Source: Candidatus Heimdallarchaeota archaeon (lineage in GTDB: Archaea > Asgardarchaeota > Heimdallarchaeia > Heimdallarchaeales > Heimdallarchaeaceae). From it: a DNA stretch of 64,000 nt. The stretch is taken from positions 301,494 to 365,493 of the forward strand of contig JAUVXV010000003.1 in assembly GCA_030603365.1 (NCBI GenBank), read 5' to 3'. The translations under genes were made by a program, and so were the position numbers. Positions 1 to 10,587 of this stretch are shown here, piece by piece. Position 1 is the first letter of the stretch. Each line of letters starts with the position of its first letter. Under the pieces are notes generated by a model that was given only the letters and a program-made list of their open reading frames with translations, ran no database searches and was not told the DNA's origin.

Positions 1-141
1 GCTAAAACAAGATCCAAGTATGTTGAAAGAATGAATAATCTATTCGAAACGATGGAAGAAAAAAGAAAACTTCTAGAGGATCAACAGAATAGATTGGATA
101 AGATAGACGAAGAAATCTATAAATTGTTAGATGATCTTTAA
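1..141 (+). CDS. 3' end of a CDS entering the window (coiled-coil-like C-terminus)
   Basis: Frame 1 is open from base 1 (AKTRSKYVERMNNLFETMEEKRKLLEDQQNRLDKIDEEIYKLLDDL) to TAA at 139-141, followed by a T-rich tract. Confidence 0.7.
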   Translation, partial: AKTRSKYVERMNNLFETMEEKRKLLEDQQNRLDKIDEEIYKLLDDL

Positions 142-155
142 CTCTATTTTATTCC

Positions 156-893
156 TTATTTATTCAATTTTACTCTACTTTCTAACCAGTCATCAATTTC
201 GTTAAACAGCTGTTTTCTACCAGCATCTTTTGGAATTACATGTCCTCCTTTTAAGATTTTAACAATTTTTTTATCTTCTGAATTGACTCGATTAAAAATC
301 TTCTCAGCATGCTTGTAAGGAATGCTAGGATCTTTTTCTGCATATACTATTAAAATTGGGATTTCTATCTCCTTGATCTTTTGTTTGTTGATTTTAAAAA
401 GTTTAAACAGCTGTTGTACACTTTTGATTGGATAATATCCGTAGCTTTTATGGGTCTTTAATGAATTGACATCTTCCCATCCTTTTTCCTTATTCTTGTG
501 AAGAGGATAAATTAAGTGTACTATAGGAAAATAAGCTAATAAATTCATCCTCCAATCAGGTGAAAACGCAGGTGCTGCTAGAACTATTATGCCTTCAATG
601 TCAGGATTAGTAGCTCCAAGATATAACGTTATTGCGCCCCCTAAAGATAACCCACACACAAAGACTTTCTTGAATCTTTGTTTCAAACCATTTAATTTCT
701 CTTGAGCATAATCTGTAAATTCAAACCACTTTCGATTTTGTAAATCTTCTATAGAAGTTTCATGCCCTGGAAGAACAATATTTTCCACATAAAATTCTCT
801 ATTCCTTAGGTACTTGGCTAAAGGTTCCATTTCATAGTGGGTTCCAGTGAATCCATGAACCAGAAGAAATGCTCTATTCGAACCTTTTTCCAT
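156..893 (-). CDS. alpha/beta-hydrolase, carboxylesterase (YvaK/Est30-like)
   Basis: LVHGFTG oxyanion motif, GLSLGG nucleophile elbow, C-terminal Asp (KDP) and His (GGH). Confidence 0.9.
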   Translation of the reverse strand: MEKGSNRAFLLVHGFTGTHYEMEPLAKYLRNREFYVENIVLPGHETSIEDLQNRKWFEFTDYAQEKLNGLKQRFKKVFVCGLSLGGAITLYLGATNPDIEGIIVLAAPAFSPDWRMNLLAYFPIVHLIYPLHKNKEKGWEDVNSLKTHKSYGYYPIKSVQQLFKLFKINKQKIKEIEIPILIVYAEKDPSIPYKHAEKIFNRVNSEDKKIVKILKGGHVIPKDAGRKQLFNEIDDWLESRVKLNK

Positions 894-998
894 GTATGCG
901 TATCTCCTTGTTGCTTAATAAAAATATCTAGCAGAATAAAACAGAAAAAGTTTAGAGTTATTAGAAAAACTCAAAAAGAACAACACCTAAGGTATTTC

Positions 999-1616
999 GT
1001 GATAAACACTCCTACATTCTGGGTATTAATTGGAATCATGTCAACTGTGGTTCTTATCTGGTTAATTTTGGTAATTTATAGAAGAATAAGATATGAGGTC
1101 TTTTTAGTAATTGGATTTATGCTTATAATCCTCTCTCTAACTCTCACAGATGAGTATTCAGGGCTTTATGCCTTATCAAACCAAAATGAACTTATTTATC
1201 AAATTTTTGCATTGGTAATTTCTTCATTAGCCTTATCTTTAATAATTTTAGGCTTATTCTCATCAAATAAAAGATGGATCAAGAAAAGAGGAACTGACAA
1301 TCTTAATAGTTTTAGAAATTTAGCTTTTTTTGCATATGTACGCCATCCAATAACCTTCGGTTCTATGCTGATTTCAATTTCCATGATGCTATTAATACAT
1401 TCAATTCTTTCCAATGTTCTTGCAGGTTTAGCTCTAATAATCTTCACAATATCTTCTTTCGAAAAAGATGCTTTTTTGCAGAAGTTATATGGTTATCCTT
1501 ACAAGGTTTATTCTCGACAAGTCCCTCGATTTAACATCTTTCATGGACTATTACGATCTTTCATCGTTGGTGAAAAGAAGAAAGGTAAAAATGATGATGT
1601 TATAATCTATGATTAA
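999..1616 (+). CDS. isoprenylcysteine carboxyl methyltransferase / PEMT-family membrane protein
   Basis: Several TM segments, YVRHP motif, C-terminal Y..Y...VPRF. GTG at 999 preferred over 837, which overlaps the divergent esterase. Confidence 0.75.
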   Translation: MINTPTFWVLIGIMSTVVLIWLILVIYRRIRYEVFLVIGFMLIILSLTLTDEYSGLYALSNQNELIYQIFALVISSLALSLIILGLFSSNKRWIKKRGTDNLNSFRNLAFFAYVRHPITFGSMLISISMMLLIHSILSNVLAGLALIIFTISSFEKDAFLQKLYGYPYKVYSRQVPRFNIFHGLLRSFIVGEKKKGKNDDVIIYD

Positions 1617-1639
1617 AAATTGAAACCAATTCTCAATAA

Positions 1640-2092
1640 TTATTTTATTATTTCTTTTATTATTGCAGGGCAGATGTCTACTATGCCTTCAATGTTTTCA
1701 ATCTTCTCTATGAAAGAATTTAGTTCTTCATCATTTTTCATCCAGCATTCAAGCATAAGCATATGATCTCCACTTGACGAATATACTCTTAAAATCTCAT
1801 CTATTTTTTTTAGCTTTTGAATAATCGAAATATACGTTTGAGGTGTTGTATCAATACCTAATAGAACTCTCATACCAAAACCTAATTTTTTTGGATTAAC
1901 ATCGATGGAATATCTTTCAATTATACCCTCCTTTTCCATCCTTCTGACACGTTTTCTGACAGCTGTTTCTGTTACTTTAAGTTCCTTTGCTATATCAACA
2001 AAAGATTTTCTACTATTCTTTAGTAGCAACTGAATTATATCATAATCAGAAATTTTATTTTGTCTTGGTAAAGCGTCTGATATTCGAACCAC
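1640..2092 (-). CDS. lrpA: Lrp/AsnC transcriptional regulator, LrpA-type
   Basis: [29 protein letters not shown] and C-terminal CPAII closely match archaeal LrpA. Confidence 0.9.
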   Translation of the reverse strand: MVRISDALPRQNKISDYDIIQLLLKNSRKSFVDIAKELKVTETAVRKRVRRMEKEGIIERYSIDVNPKKLGFGMRVLLGIDTTPQTYISIIQKLKKIDEILRVYSSSGDHMLMLECWMKNDEELNSFIEKIENIEGIVDICPAIIKEIIK

Positions 2093-2152
2093 CTATTTTT
2101 GAAAATCGAAAAGATTTATAAAAGGATTCTCATTTTACAAATTAGTGATAAA

Positions 2153-2821
2153 ATGACTTTAAAAGAGTATGAAGAAACTGGTAAAATACCACTTATAGGA
2201 ACTGAATTTCCGAAGATGGTTGTTACTACAACTCATGGAATGAGAAAATTACCTGGTGATTACAAAGGAAAATGGTTGATTTTATTCAGTCATCCTGCTG
2301 ACTATACCCCTGTTTGTACAACAGAGTTTGTTTCTTTCCAGAAACACTATGATGAATTTCAAGAAATGAATACAGAATTACTTGGTTTAAGTATTGACCA
2401 AGTTTTCAGCCACATAAAATGGGTAGATTGGATTAAAGAAAAACTTGATGTTGAGATTAAGTTCCCAATTATTGCTGATCATGGCGAAATAGCTAGGAGA
2501 TTAGGCATGCTTCATGCTAAAGGTAGTAATACTGTGAGGGCTGTCTTTATTCTTGATCCTAAGGGCATCGTTAGAGCTATTCTCTATTATCCTTCAGAAT
2601 TAGGAAGGAATATGAAAGAAATAGTAAGAATGATTAAAGCATTAAGAATTGCTTCTCAGCATGATGTTGCAATGCCTGCAAATTGGCCTGAAAATGAATT
2701 GTTTGGTGATGATGTAATAGTTCCACCTGCTAGTGATGTTGAGACAGCTAAAGAGCGTCTTAAGGATGATTCTATTACCTGCCTTGATTGGTGGCTTTGC
2801 CACAAAAAGAGACCAGCTTAA
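2153..2821 (+). CDS. peroxiredoxin (Prx6/archaeal type)
   Basis: [15 protein letters not shown] active site and C-terminal CLDWWLC. ATG at 2153 follows a TTTATAAA box. Confidence 0.95.
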   Translation: MTLKEYEETGKIPLIGTEFPKMVVTTTHGMRKLPGDYKGKWLILFSHPADYTPVCTTEFVSFQKHYDEFQEMNTELLGLSIDQVFSHIKWVDWIKEKLDVEIKFPIIADHGEIARRLGMLHAKGSNTVRAVFILDPKGIVRAILYYPSELGRNMKEIVRMIKALRIASQHDVAMPANWPENELFGDDVIVPPASDVETAKERLKDDSITCLDWWLCHKKRPA

Positions 2822-2853
2822 TTCTCTTTTTCTTTCTTTTTATTCTTGTTTTT
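2822..2853 (+). terminator. oligo-T archaeal terminator
   Basis: ttctcttttttctttcttttt-type tract directly after the prx stop. Confidence 0.6.
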
Positions 2854-2888
2854 GGAAAATAAATATAATCTAGTATATTTTACCCTAG

Positions 2889-3734
2889 TTGATGAGTTTC
2901 AAGATAGATTATGTTGTTACTAACGATGATCCCGAAGTAAAAATTCGTTTAGCTCTTTTTGATTCCAAGAATACTGATTATAAAAACAGAAACATAATAA
3001 TTATTCCTGGTTGGTTAAGTGCAATTGATAATTATACTCCGATGGCTGAAGCTCTGCAAGAATACGGGAATGCTATTATCTATGAACCAAGAGGTTTTGG
3101 AGAATCTATAACCCCACACAAAAAAGGTTTGTTTAGTCCAGAAGAGTATAATAAAGAACTGGGGAGAGTAATTGCGCATTTAAAGTTGAAAGATAAAGAA
3201 TTTTTTATTCTGGGGAGTTGTTCTGGTGCTTCTCAAATGTATAATTATTATCTCAATGGTGAAGGATCTAAACCTGCAGTACTAGCTGCTTTTAACTCAC
3301 AAGAAAAATACTCCATGCCATTTTTCATTCCAATACTGGGTGTGATACCCACATTTATCATGAAATTTATTCAAAAAATGATTATATTCATTTATAAATC
3401 AATCCTGAAATTGAGAAGAACAGGTGAATCACCGACTATTACTTGGGCATCTAATAGATTGAAGTTGAATGATGATTGGAGCTTGAGAAGACATGTAATA
3501 GAGTTTACCAGAAAATATAACATTGTAGGTAGACAAAAAGAAATTGATGTTCCTTTAATTACCTTTACAGCTGAAAAGGATTATTTTGTTAATCCTGAAA
3601 TCTCTAAAAAATACTTACATCACAAAGATTCAGCACTTATTATACTAAAAACTGAAATGCATAGAATACATGAAGGAAGAGAAAAGGAAATTGCTAATCA
3701 TATCCATGATTTTCTGATGAAATTAAAGAAGTAA
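2889..3734 (+). CDS. alpha/beta-hydrolase
   Basis: IIPGW, YEPRGFGES, GSCSG elbow, C-terminal Asp/His. Confidence 0.8.
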   Translation: MMSFKIDYVVTNDDPEVKIRLALFDSKNTDYKNRNIIIIPGWLSAIDNYTPMAEALQEYGNAIIYEPRGFGESITPHKKGLFSPEEYNKELGRVIAHLKLKDKEFFILGSCSGASQMYNYYLNGEGSKPAVLAAFNSQEKYSMPFFIPILGVIPTFIMKFIQKMIIFIYKSILKLRRTGESPTITWASNRLKLNDDWSLRRHVIEFTRKYNIVGRQKEIDVPLITFTAEKDYFVNPEISKKYLHHKDSALIILKTEMHRIHEGREKEIANHIHDFLMKLKK

Positions 3735-3738
3735 ATTA

Positions 3739-4605
3739 CTAAGAAATATTTGGTAGAAGAGATACTATTATTGTCCCCATTCCAGTGTTACTCCCTATAA
3801 TAGGTGTTGCTAGAGTAACAAAACTTCTGTTTATTTTCCTCTTTTTTTCAAGTTTTTTTATGATGATTTGAGCTCCTTTTAGATTATTTACATGACATAT
3901 TACCATATCATAAATGGTTGAACCATCAGTTCCTTTAATCGCTAATTTAGTTAATCTATTCAGCATTGAACGATTTGTAAAGAATCCCGGTAGCCTTGAT
4001 TCTAAAGATCCTGGTCTTTCCATTTCTGCTATTGGTTTAATCCCAATAAGTTTTGTCAAATTAAGTATTATTTTAGATTTCAATCTTCCTGATTTATAGA
4101 CATTGTCGAGAGTATGAAATCCAACATTAAGATAATATTTTTCTTTTGCTTTTTCAATTAACTCCTTGATTTCTTCTACTGTTTTACCCTGTTCTGCTAA
4201 TTCAGCAATTGCTAAAGCCACTAATCCTTGAACTCCAGAAGCTGATTCTGTATCAATGATGGTGACTTTATCTTTGTATTCCTTTGCTGCCACTCTAATA
4301 GACAGAAAAGTTGAACTACTTAGATTTTTAGCTACAGAAACACAGAAAACATGATTATAATTTAATTCATCAAGACTTGTTTTAATTTCATTTAGAAAAT
4401 CTAAAGGTTCCGGATTTGAGGATGATGGAAGAAAATCTGATTCTTTCAATCTGTCATAGAAATCATCAACTGAAATATCGACTCCCAGTTTCCAAGGTTT
4501 GTTCTCAAAAAAGACTATATGTGGAATTTTCACAATATTATATCTCTCAAGCAACTCCTCTGGCAAATCTGCAGCTGAATCTGTTATTACTCTTATTTTC
4601 AACAC
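3739..4605 (-). CDS. DegV family fatty-acid-binding protein
   Basis: ITDSAADLP start, IDTESAS, SGRL, IKPI, TPIIGSNTG. Confidence 0.9.
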   Translation of the reverse strand: MLKIRVITDSAADLPEELLERYNIVKIPHIVFFENKPWKLGVDISVDDFYDRLKESDFLPSSSNPEPLDFLNEIKTSLDELNYNHVFCVSVAKNLSSSTFLSIRVAAKEYKDKVTIIDTESASGVQGLVALAIAELAEQGKTVEEIKELIEKAKEKYYLNVGFHTLDNVYKSGRLKSKIILNLTKLIGIKPIAEMERPGSLESRLPGFFTNRSMLNRLTKLAIKGTDGSTIYDMVICHVNNLKGAQIIIKKLEKKRKINRSFVTLATPIIGSNTGMGTIIVSLLPNIS

Positions 4606-4706
4606 TAATCATACACATATTCTCACATTAAATAAAAAGGGTTTTGTGTCAATTAAGATTTTTCTCAAAACTTATAATCACTAATAGAATAGTATGATTG
4701 TTTAAT

Positions 4707-6464
4707 ATGAATACTAAGAAGATAATTGAATGTGCAATGGCTAATATTAAAGCTAATATAATTTTACGTGGGGGGAAATATGTTAATGTTTACACAAGAG
4801 AAATTCTGAATGGAGATATCGTCATTACTGAAGACAAAATAGTACATATTGGCGAAAAAACCAAGGAATTCGAAGGAGAAAATACTCAAGTTATAGAACT
4901 CAGTGAAGAGGTGATTTGCCCTGGTTTGATAGAATCACATGTCCATATAGAATCTTCTATGTTAACACTCTCAGAATTCACTAAGGCAGTGATTCCTCAT
5001 GGGACTACAACTGCTGTTATTGACCCTCATGAACTAGTTAATGTATCTGGCATTCCTGGATTGGATATTTTGATGGACGAAGCTAAAAGATTACCCATAA
5101 GATATTTGATTGAAGCTCCCTCTTGTGTACCTTCTCTGCCCGGCTTTGAAACCTCAGGAGCGGTTCTGGATAAATCAGATATTGAGAAACTAATGTCTAG
5201 AGAGGATATTTTTGCTTTAGCTGAAATGATGAATTATCCCGGTGTATTTTTAGGTTTTGAAGATGTGATTAGCAAATTAGATTCTGCAAAGAAATACGGA
5301 AAGATTGTAGAAGGTCATGCACCATTATTGCAAGGTAAAGAATTACAAGCTTATATTGCAGCAGGTATATCCTCAGATCATGAAGCAACTTCTAGTGAAG
5401 AAGCATTAGAGAAATTGAGATTAGGTATGAAGTTGCAGATTCGTCAAGGTTCTTTTGCAAAAGATCTTGAAAAAATACTAACTGGTTTAAAAAAATATCA
5501 AATTGATACTCGAAATATCATCATAGCAAGTGATGATAAAAATCCTGTAGATTTAATGGACGAAGGGCATCTAGACTCAACATATAGATTGATGTTAAAG
5601 TCAGGTATTGACCCTTTAGAAGCACTTCAGATGCTGACTCTCAATTCTGCTACTCATCTTGGATTGCAAGATCTAATAGGGGGAATTGCTCCTGGAAAAA
5701 ATGCTGACATAATAGTAGTAGATAATCTAGAAAGTTTCAATGTTAAATTAGTAATTTCCAACGGACAAATAGTTTTTGACCAAAATAAAGTTATTATGAA
5801 AGAGAAGTCAAAATCATATCCTAATTTCATTCTAGACACACTTTCAAATCTTCAAATTCCTACTATAGAAGACTTAAAGATTCACACACAGAAAGTAGGT
5901 AAAGTTAATGTTAAAGTTATTGGGGTGGAAGAACACTCTCTTGTTACACAGAAGTTGACAGCTAACCTGAAAGTTGAAAATGGAATTATTATTCCTGATA
6001 TAGAAAATGATATTCTTCCAATCGTGATTATTAATAGACATACACAAGAGAAGAAAATCGGCAAAGGATTTGTAAAAGGGCTTGGAATAAAAGGAGGCGC
6101 TTTGGCTAGCACAGTTGCTCATGATTGTCATCAATTAATATGCACTGGAACAGATTATACTCTTATGTTAAAAGCAATAGAAACAGTGAAGGAAATGAAC
6201 GGAGGACAAGTTGTAGCAACTAAAGATGGAGTAACTTCCTTACAACTTAATTTTGCTGGAATTATGAGCACTAAACCTTTGGAACAAGTAGTAGAAGAAA
6301 CAAAAACTTTACACAATGCTTTAGAACAATTAAATCCTAGGGTTTCAGAGCCTTTCATGGCTTTAGCTTTTATTGCACTACCAGTTATTCCACATCTGAA
6401 AATTACTGACTTTGGTTTAATTGATGCTGATAAATTTGAGATAGTTGAAGTAGAGAATGATTAA
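4707..6464 (+). CDS. ade: adenine deaminase
   Basis: HVHIESS, DPHE, LAEMMNYPG, GHAP, SDHE, STVAHDCH, ALPVIPHLKITDFG. Confidence 0.95.
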   Translation: MNTKKIIECAMANIKANIILRGGKYVNVYTREILNGDIVITEDKIVHIGEKTKEFEGENTQVIELSEEVICPGLIESHVHIESSMLTLSEFTKAVIPHGTTTAVIDPHELVNVSGIPGLDILMDEAKRLPIRYLIEAPSCVPSLPGFETSGAVLDKSDIEKLMSREDIFALAEMMNYPGVFLGFEDVISKLDSAKKYGKIVEGHAPLLQGKELQAYIAAGISSDHEATSSEEALEKLRLGMKLQIRQGSFAKDLEKILTGLKKYQIDTRNIIIASDDKNPVDLMDEGHLDSTYRLMLKSGIDPLEALQMLTLNSATHLGLQDLIGGIAPGKNADIIVVDNLESFNVKLVISNGQIVFDQNKVIMKEKSKSYPNFILDTLSNLQIPTIEDLKIHTQKVGKVNVKVIGVEEHSLVTQKLTANLKVENGIIIPDIENDILPIVIINRHTQEKKIGKGFVKGLGIKGGALASTVAHDCHQLICTGTDYTLMLKAIETVKEMNGGQVVATKDGVTSLQLNFAGIMSTKPLEQVVEETKTLHNALEQLNPRVSEPFMALAFIALPVIPHLKITDFGLIDADKFEIVEVEND

Positions 6465-6513
6465 TTAAATCTGATTCAAAAAACTTTTAATTTCTCCTAT
6501 ATTCTTCCAATAT

Positions 6514-7233
6514 ATGACTGAACTACTTTACCAAAAAGATTCGTACATTAGGGAATTCAAAGCTGTAATAACTGAAGTTGTTGATGATTTCGTTGTTTTA
6601 GATAGAACCGCATTTTCTCCAACTGGAGGTGGTTTAATGTGCGATACTGGAACATTGACTACAGCAAGTAGAGATGTATACAAGGTTGTAGAGGTTATAT
6701 CTAGAGGCGGCAAAGTGAAGCATAAATTATCGCCTATACCTGAAGCAGAAATTCAAGGTGGCAAAATTAAGGGTAAAATTGATTGGGAAAAGCGTTACAA
6801 ACAGATGAGACTTCATACAACTATACATTCAATTTCAGGAACATTGTATAAAAAATATGGAACTACAGTTACGGGTGGAAATATTACACCTGAGAAGAGT
6901 CGTGTCGAGTTTGATATTGATCATCTAAGACAAGAGAGGGTTCAAGAGATTGAAGAGGCAATGAGAGAAATAATCAATGGAAATCACATGGTAACTGTGT
7001 CTTTCTTAGAGAGAGAAGAAGCTCTGAAAGATCCAGATTTAATTCGAACAAAAGTCAACCTTATTCCTGAAAGTGTTAAGATATTAAGGATAGTTGAAAT
7101 AGAAACTGTAGATCGTCAAGCTGATGGTGGGGTTCATGTTAAGAGTACCAAAGAAATAGGTACATTTGTCCCTCTTAAAACCGAAAACAGAGGTAAGGAT
7201 AAGAAAAGATTGTATTTTACAGTGCGACCATGA
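6514..7233 (+). CDS. alaXM: alanyl-tRNA editing protein AlaX-M
   Basis: LDRTAFSPTGGG, MRLHTTIH (HxxxH), QADGGVHVKST. Confidence 0.9.
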   Translation: MTELLYQKDSYIREFKAVITEVVDDFVVLDRTAFSPTGGGLMCDTGTLTTASRDVYKVVEVISRGGKVKHKLSPIPEAEIQGGKIKGKIDWEKRYKQMRLHTTIHSISGTLYKKYGTTVTGGNITPEKSRVEFDIDHLRQERVQEIEEAMREIINGNHMVTVSFLEREEALKDPDLIRTKVNLIPESVKILRIVEIETVDRQADGGVHVKSTKEIGTFVPLKTENRGKDKKRLYFTVRP

Positions 7234-7334
7234 AACTACTTACTAATATTTTTTTCCATAGGTTTAACCGATAAGGTTAAAAACGTGTCTTATTCAACGA
7301 TAGAACAAGTAGATAACGTTATTAAGGGATATTC

Positions 7335-8321
7335 ATGAATAGACGCAGTTTCGTAGGATTATTTGCTATTCTCGTAATTCTAGGATCTTCTTCAGCAAAA
7401 ACTTGGGGTGCATCTGCATTAATGGATCAAATAGATGACAATACTCCCACATTTAACGCAGAAGGTGACGTTGAGCACTCAATAGTTGCACCAAATACAG
7501 TTAATATGTCTCAATTAGATCTTTATGATTACTATGGTAGTGTTAGTTCAGATAAAAGGTTCAAATGGAAAATTACTCATCTTGAAAGAACTGATAATTT
7601 TCATATTCAAGAAGGTGATAAGAAACTCAAACAAGGAGACAAAATAATTTTAATTATGGGAGGCGACCCTTGGCTACAGAGAACCGAACCACATTCTTGG
7701 TGCCAGATTTATGTTAATGATGTGATGGCAAGATACACAGATGACAACGCTCATGGAAGAGCAGTCTTCAAATTTATACAACCAGTTGCACTTAATCTTT
7801 TGGAGAATTTTACAAATATACTCTATTATAACACCTCATCTTTCATCAATTATTATAGTAATAATTTCAATTACACCCAAAACTTCTGGAATGACTATGG
7901 TGGCAATATTTACAACTATACAGATTTGGGTAATGAAGGATTCTTTTCATATATGGAAACTTCTCCATTTGTAAATAGAGAATACTGGACTTTTGACGAA
8001 GATTTAATAATTTATACAAACACCATAATATCAGAAGTCAATAATGTTACAGAAGTTACTCTAATCTATGACAGAGCAACAGGTTTCTTAAATGAAATGG
8101 AATATTCTACTTCCTTCATCAACGGATCAGGATTCTTTGCAGGTGCTAATCTATCATTGGTTAGACTTCATGGTTGGGGTTTACCTTACACTATCACAAC
8201 ATGGGTTGTTTGGATACCAATTATATTATTTATTGTAGGTTTAATCGTAGCAGTAAGATTGCACGCTTTCCAAAGGTTGAAATTATATCTTGAAGCAAGA
8301 AAAATAGCTAAGAGAGATTAG
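7335..8321 (+). CDS. secreted, C-terminally TM-anchored surface protein of unknown function
   Basis: Signal peptide, many N-x-S/T sequons, C-terminal TM helix plus basic tail. Confidence 0.8.
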   Translation: MNRRSFVGLFAILVILGSSSAKTWGASALMDQIDDNTPTFNAEGDVEHSIVAPNTVNMSQLDLYDYYGSVSSDKRFKWKITHLERTDNFHIQEGDKKLKQGDKIILIMGGDPWLQRTEPHSWCQIYVNDVMARYTDDNAHGRAVFKFIQPVALNLLENFTNILYYNTSSFINYYSNNFNYTQNFWNDYGGNIYNYTDLGNEGFFSYMETSPFVNREYWTFDEDLIIYTNTIISEVNNVTEVTLIYDRATGFLNEMEYSTSFINGSGFFAGANLSLVRLHGWGLPYTITTWVVWIPIILFIVGLIVAVRLHAFQRLKLYLEARKIAKRD

Positions 8322-8368
8322 ACTTTCTTCTATTTCCTTTTCTTTTCTTATAGTTTTACTTTATTTTC
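8322..8368 (+). terminator. oligo-T terminator
   Basis: Long T-rich tract after the stop codon. Confidence 0.55.
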
Positions 8369-8463
8369 CATAAATCGAAACTGTTATATGTCCTATTAAC
8401 AGAGTTATCCTCTCTGAAGAAAAGTAAATGAAAATAATTTTATTTATATTATGAGTTGATATT

Positions 8464-9987
8464 ATGACTACATTAAATGCTAAAAAAGTCAACTTTGAAA
8501 TTGAACGAAATATAGCAATATTAAATATTCAAACATTAAATGAACTTAAGATTAAACATTCCGCAAATATCAAAGTTAAAAGCGATTCTGGTGAAATCAT
8601 GTGCGAGGTTTTAAGCACAGATACATTAATCGAACCAGGATTTATTGGATTGAAAGAGAAATCAATCGAAGATTTAAAAATTACAGAAAATACCAAAATA
8701 AGTGTTTTTATCAGACGACGTCCTCAATCACTTGAATATGTTAAAAATAAAAGAGGAGGATCTGTTTGGAAAGAGGGAGAGATACGCTCAATTGTAAACG
8801 ATATCTGTAGCGGACAATATACAGAGTTAGAAATTTCCATGTTTACTTTGGCTCAATATTATTTGGGTTTAAACATGGATGAGATTGCAAACCTAACAAC
8901 TTTTATGGCTGAGTATGGTACAACATTGGATTTCGAAGAACCAGTTTATGACAAACATTCTATTGGTGGAATTCCAGGGAATAAAGTCAGTTTGATAATT
9001 GTTCCCACAGTCGCTGCAGCTGGCTTATTAATTCCAAAAACAAGTTCTAGGGCTATAACTTCACCTAGTGGAACAGCTGATACTATGGAAGTACTCTGTG
9101 ATGTGAATTTCTCTGCCGATGAAATATTAGAAATAGCTCCAAAAGTTAGAGGTATGCTAGTTTGGGGTGGAACACTAGATTTGTCACCTCTTGATGAAAT
9201 TGTTATTCATCAAATAGAACAACCATTAGGAATTGACCCTCATAGTCAAATGCTTGCCAGTATTTTTAGCAAAAAAGTTTCAACTGGTGTAAACCATATG
9301 GTATTAGATATTCCTACAGGTGAAGGTACAAAAATGCCAACTAAGGATGATGCAATTAATTATGCACATGAAGCTACAGAATTAGGTAGAAGACTAGGGA
9401 TTTCAATCGAAGCTGCATTGAGTTATGGCGAACAACCTCTGGGTAAAGCGGTAGGTCCAGCATTAGAAGCAAGAGAAGCTTTAGAAGTGATCAATGGGAA
9501 TGGACCTACAAGTGTCTTTGAGAAAAGTGCAGAACTTTCAGGTATTCTTTTTGAAATGGCAGGTCTTGCACAACCAGGTCAAGGGGCTCATTTAGCAGCA
9601 GATTTCATACTAAAAGGAAAAACAAAGGCTAAGATGGAAGAAATCATAGGTGTTCAAGGAGGAAACGCAACTGTTAATCCAGAAGATATTGTTATAGGTG
9701 ATAAAGTAGCAACTGTTGTAGCTCCAAAGGATGGATATATTGTTAAACTATCCAATTCTAATGTAAAGAAAATAGCTAAGGCAGCAGGTGCTCCTCGTCA
9801 CAAAGAAGCAGGTGTTTATCTTCACAAGAAAATTGGTGACTTCTGTAAAAAGGATGACAAATTATTGACTATTTATTCAAATAGTGAAGGAAGACTGACA
9901 GAAGCTCTCAACATATCAATGAATCTTCAACCATTTATACTAGAAGGAATGATAATAAAACGTATTTCTTCTGGAACTAAAATCTAA
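8464..9987 (+). CDS. deoA: AMP phosphorylase (archaeal thymidine-phosphorylase family)
   Basis: DKHSIGGIPGNK, KTSSRAITSPSGTADTME, GPALEAREAL, AAGAP, and an ~85-aa N-terminal extension typical of AMP phosphorylase. Confidence 0.93.
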   Translation: MTTLNAKKVNFEIERNIAILNIQTLNELKIKHSANIKVKSDSGEIMCEVLSTDTLIEPGFIGLKEKSIEDLKITENTKISVFIRRRPQSLEYVKNKRGGSVWKEGEIRSIVNDICSGQYTELEISMFTLAQYYLGLNMDEIANLTTFMAEYGTTLDFEEPVYDKHSIGGIPGNKVSLIIVPTVAAAGLLIPKTSSRAITSPSGTADTMEVLCDVNFSADEILEIAPKVRGMLVWGGTLDLSPLDEIVIHQIEQPLGIDPHSQMLASIFSKKVSTGVNHMVLDIPTGEGTKMPTKDDAINYAHEATELGRRLGISIEAALSYGEQPLGKAVGPALEAREALEVINGNGPTSVFEKSAELSGILFEMAGLAQPGQGAHLAADFILKGKTKAKMEEIIGVQGGNATVNPEDIVIGDKVATVVAPKDGYIVKLSNSNVKKIAKAAGAPRHKEAGVYLHKKIGDFCKKDDKLLTIYSNSEGRLTEALNISMNLQPFILEGMIIKRISSGTKI

Positions 9988-10465
9988 GAAATCTGGAATC
10001 TTCCTGTATTTCTTCTACATCCATTTTTTCACCCTCTTTTTTTAGAACCATTTTATGCATGTATAGAGATTGATCCAAAAATTGGATGTTGAAACCTACT
10101 TTTTGCCAAAAGGGAGTGACAAATGGAGAACAACAAAGTTGAATTGTATCCTCTTCTATGACCCTTTGTGTTAGTATTTGTGCACATCTCTGACCAATTC
10201 CTTTTTTTCTCAAATCCTCCCTAACTTCAAACACATAGATTATAGGACAGCCTACAGACATGAATCCTCCTTCATAGTCAGGTTCATCTGGAATAACAGC
10301 TGTAACAGCAACAATCTCTTCCTCCATCATAAATCCGTAGCATTTGATCTGTTCATCAAAAAACATTCGATATGAAGTGAAAAATGGAAATGAATGAGCT
10401 GGAACATCATCATAATCAACAATTTGGACGTTTATTTCCTTCTCTTGTAGATCTTCCTCATTCAT
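9977..10465 (-). CDS. GNAT N-acetyltransferase
   Basis: FEVREDLRKKGIG acetyl-CoA motif and FWQKVGF. Confidence 0.85.
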   Translation of the reverse strand: MNEEDLQEKEINVQIVDYDDVPAHSFPFFTSYRMFFDEQIKCYGFMMEEEIVAVTAVIPDEPDYEGGFMSVGCPIIYVFEVREDLRKKGIGQRCAQILTQRVIEEDTIQLCCSPFVTPFWQKVGFNIQFLDQSLYMHKMVLKKEGEKMDVEEIQEDSRFLRF

Positions 10466-10587
10466 TTTAGTACCCTGTACCTACTTTTTACGTTTAAATG
10501 TAAATAAAATTATACATGGTGCTAGTCTGCAAAGCGGAAGACTTTTTATTTCTGAAAATCTGCTTTACTTTGTTGAGGAGATAATTT

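Noticed and set aside
10466-10587. Replication origin next to cdc6
   Set aside because: No ORB/mini-ORB (TCCAnTGGA plus G-string) repeats seen here or at 12027-12153; the lone GGGGT at 15637 lacks the ORB core
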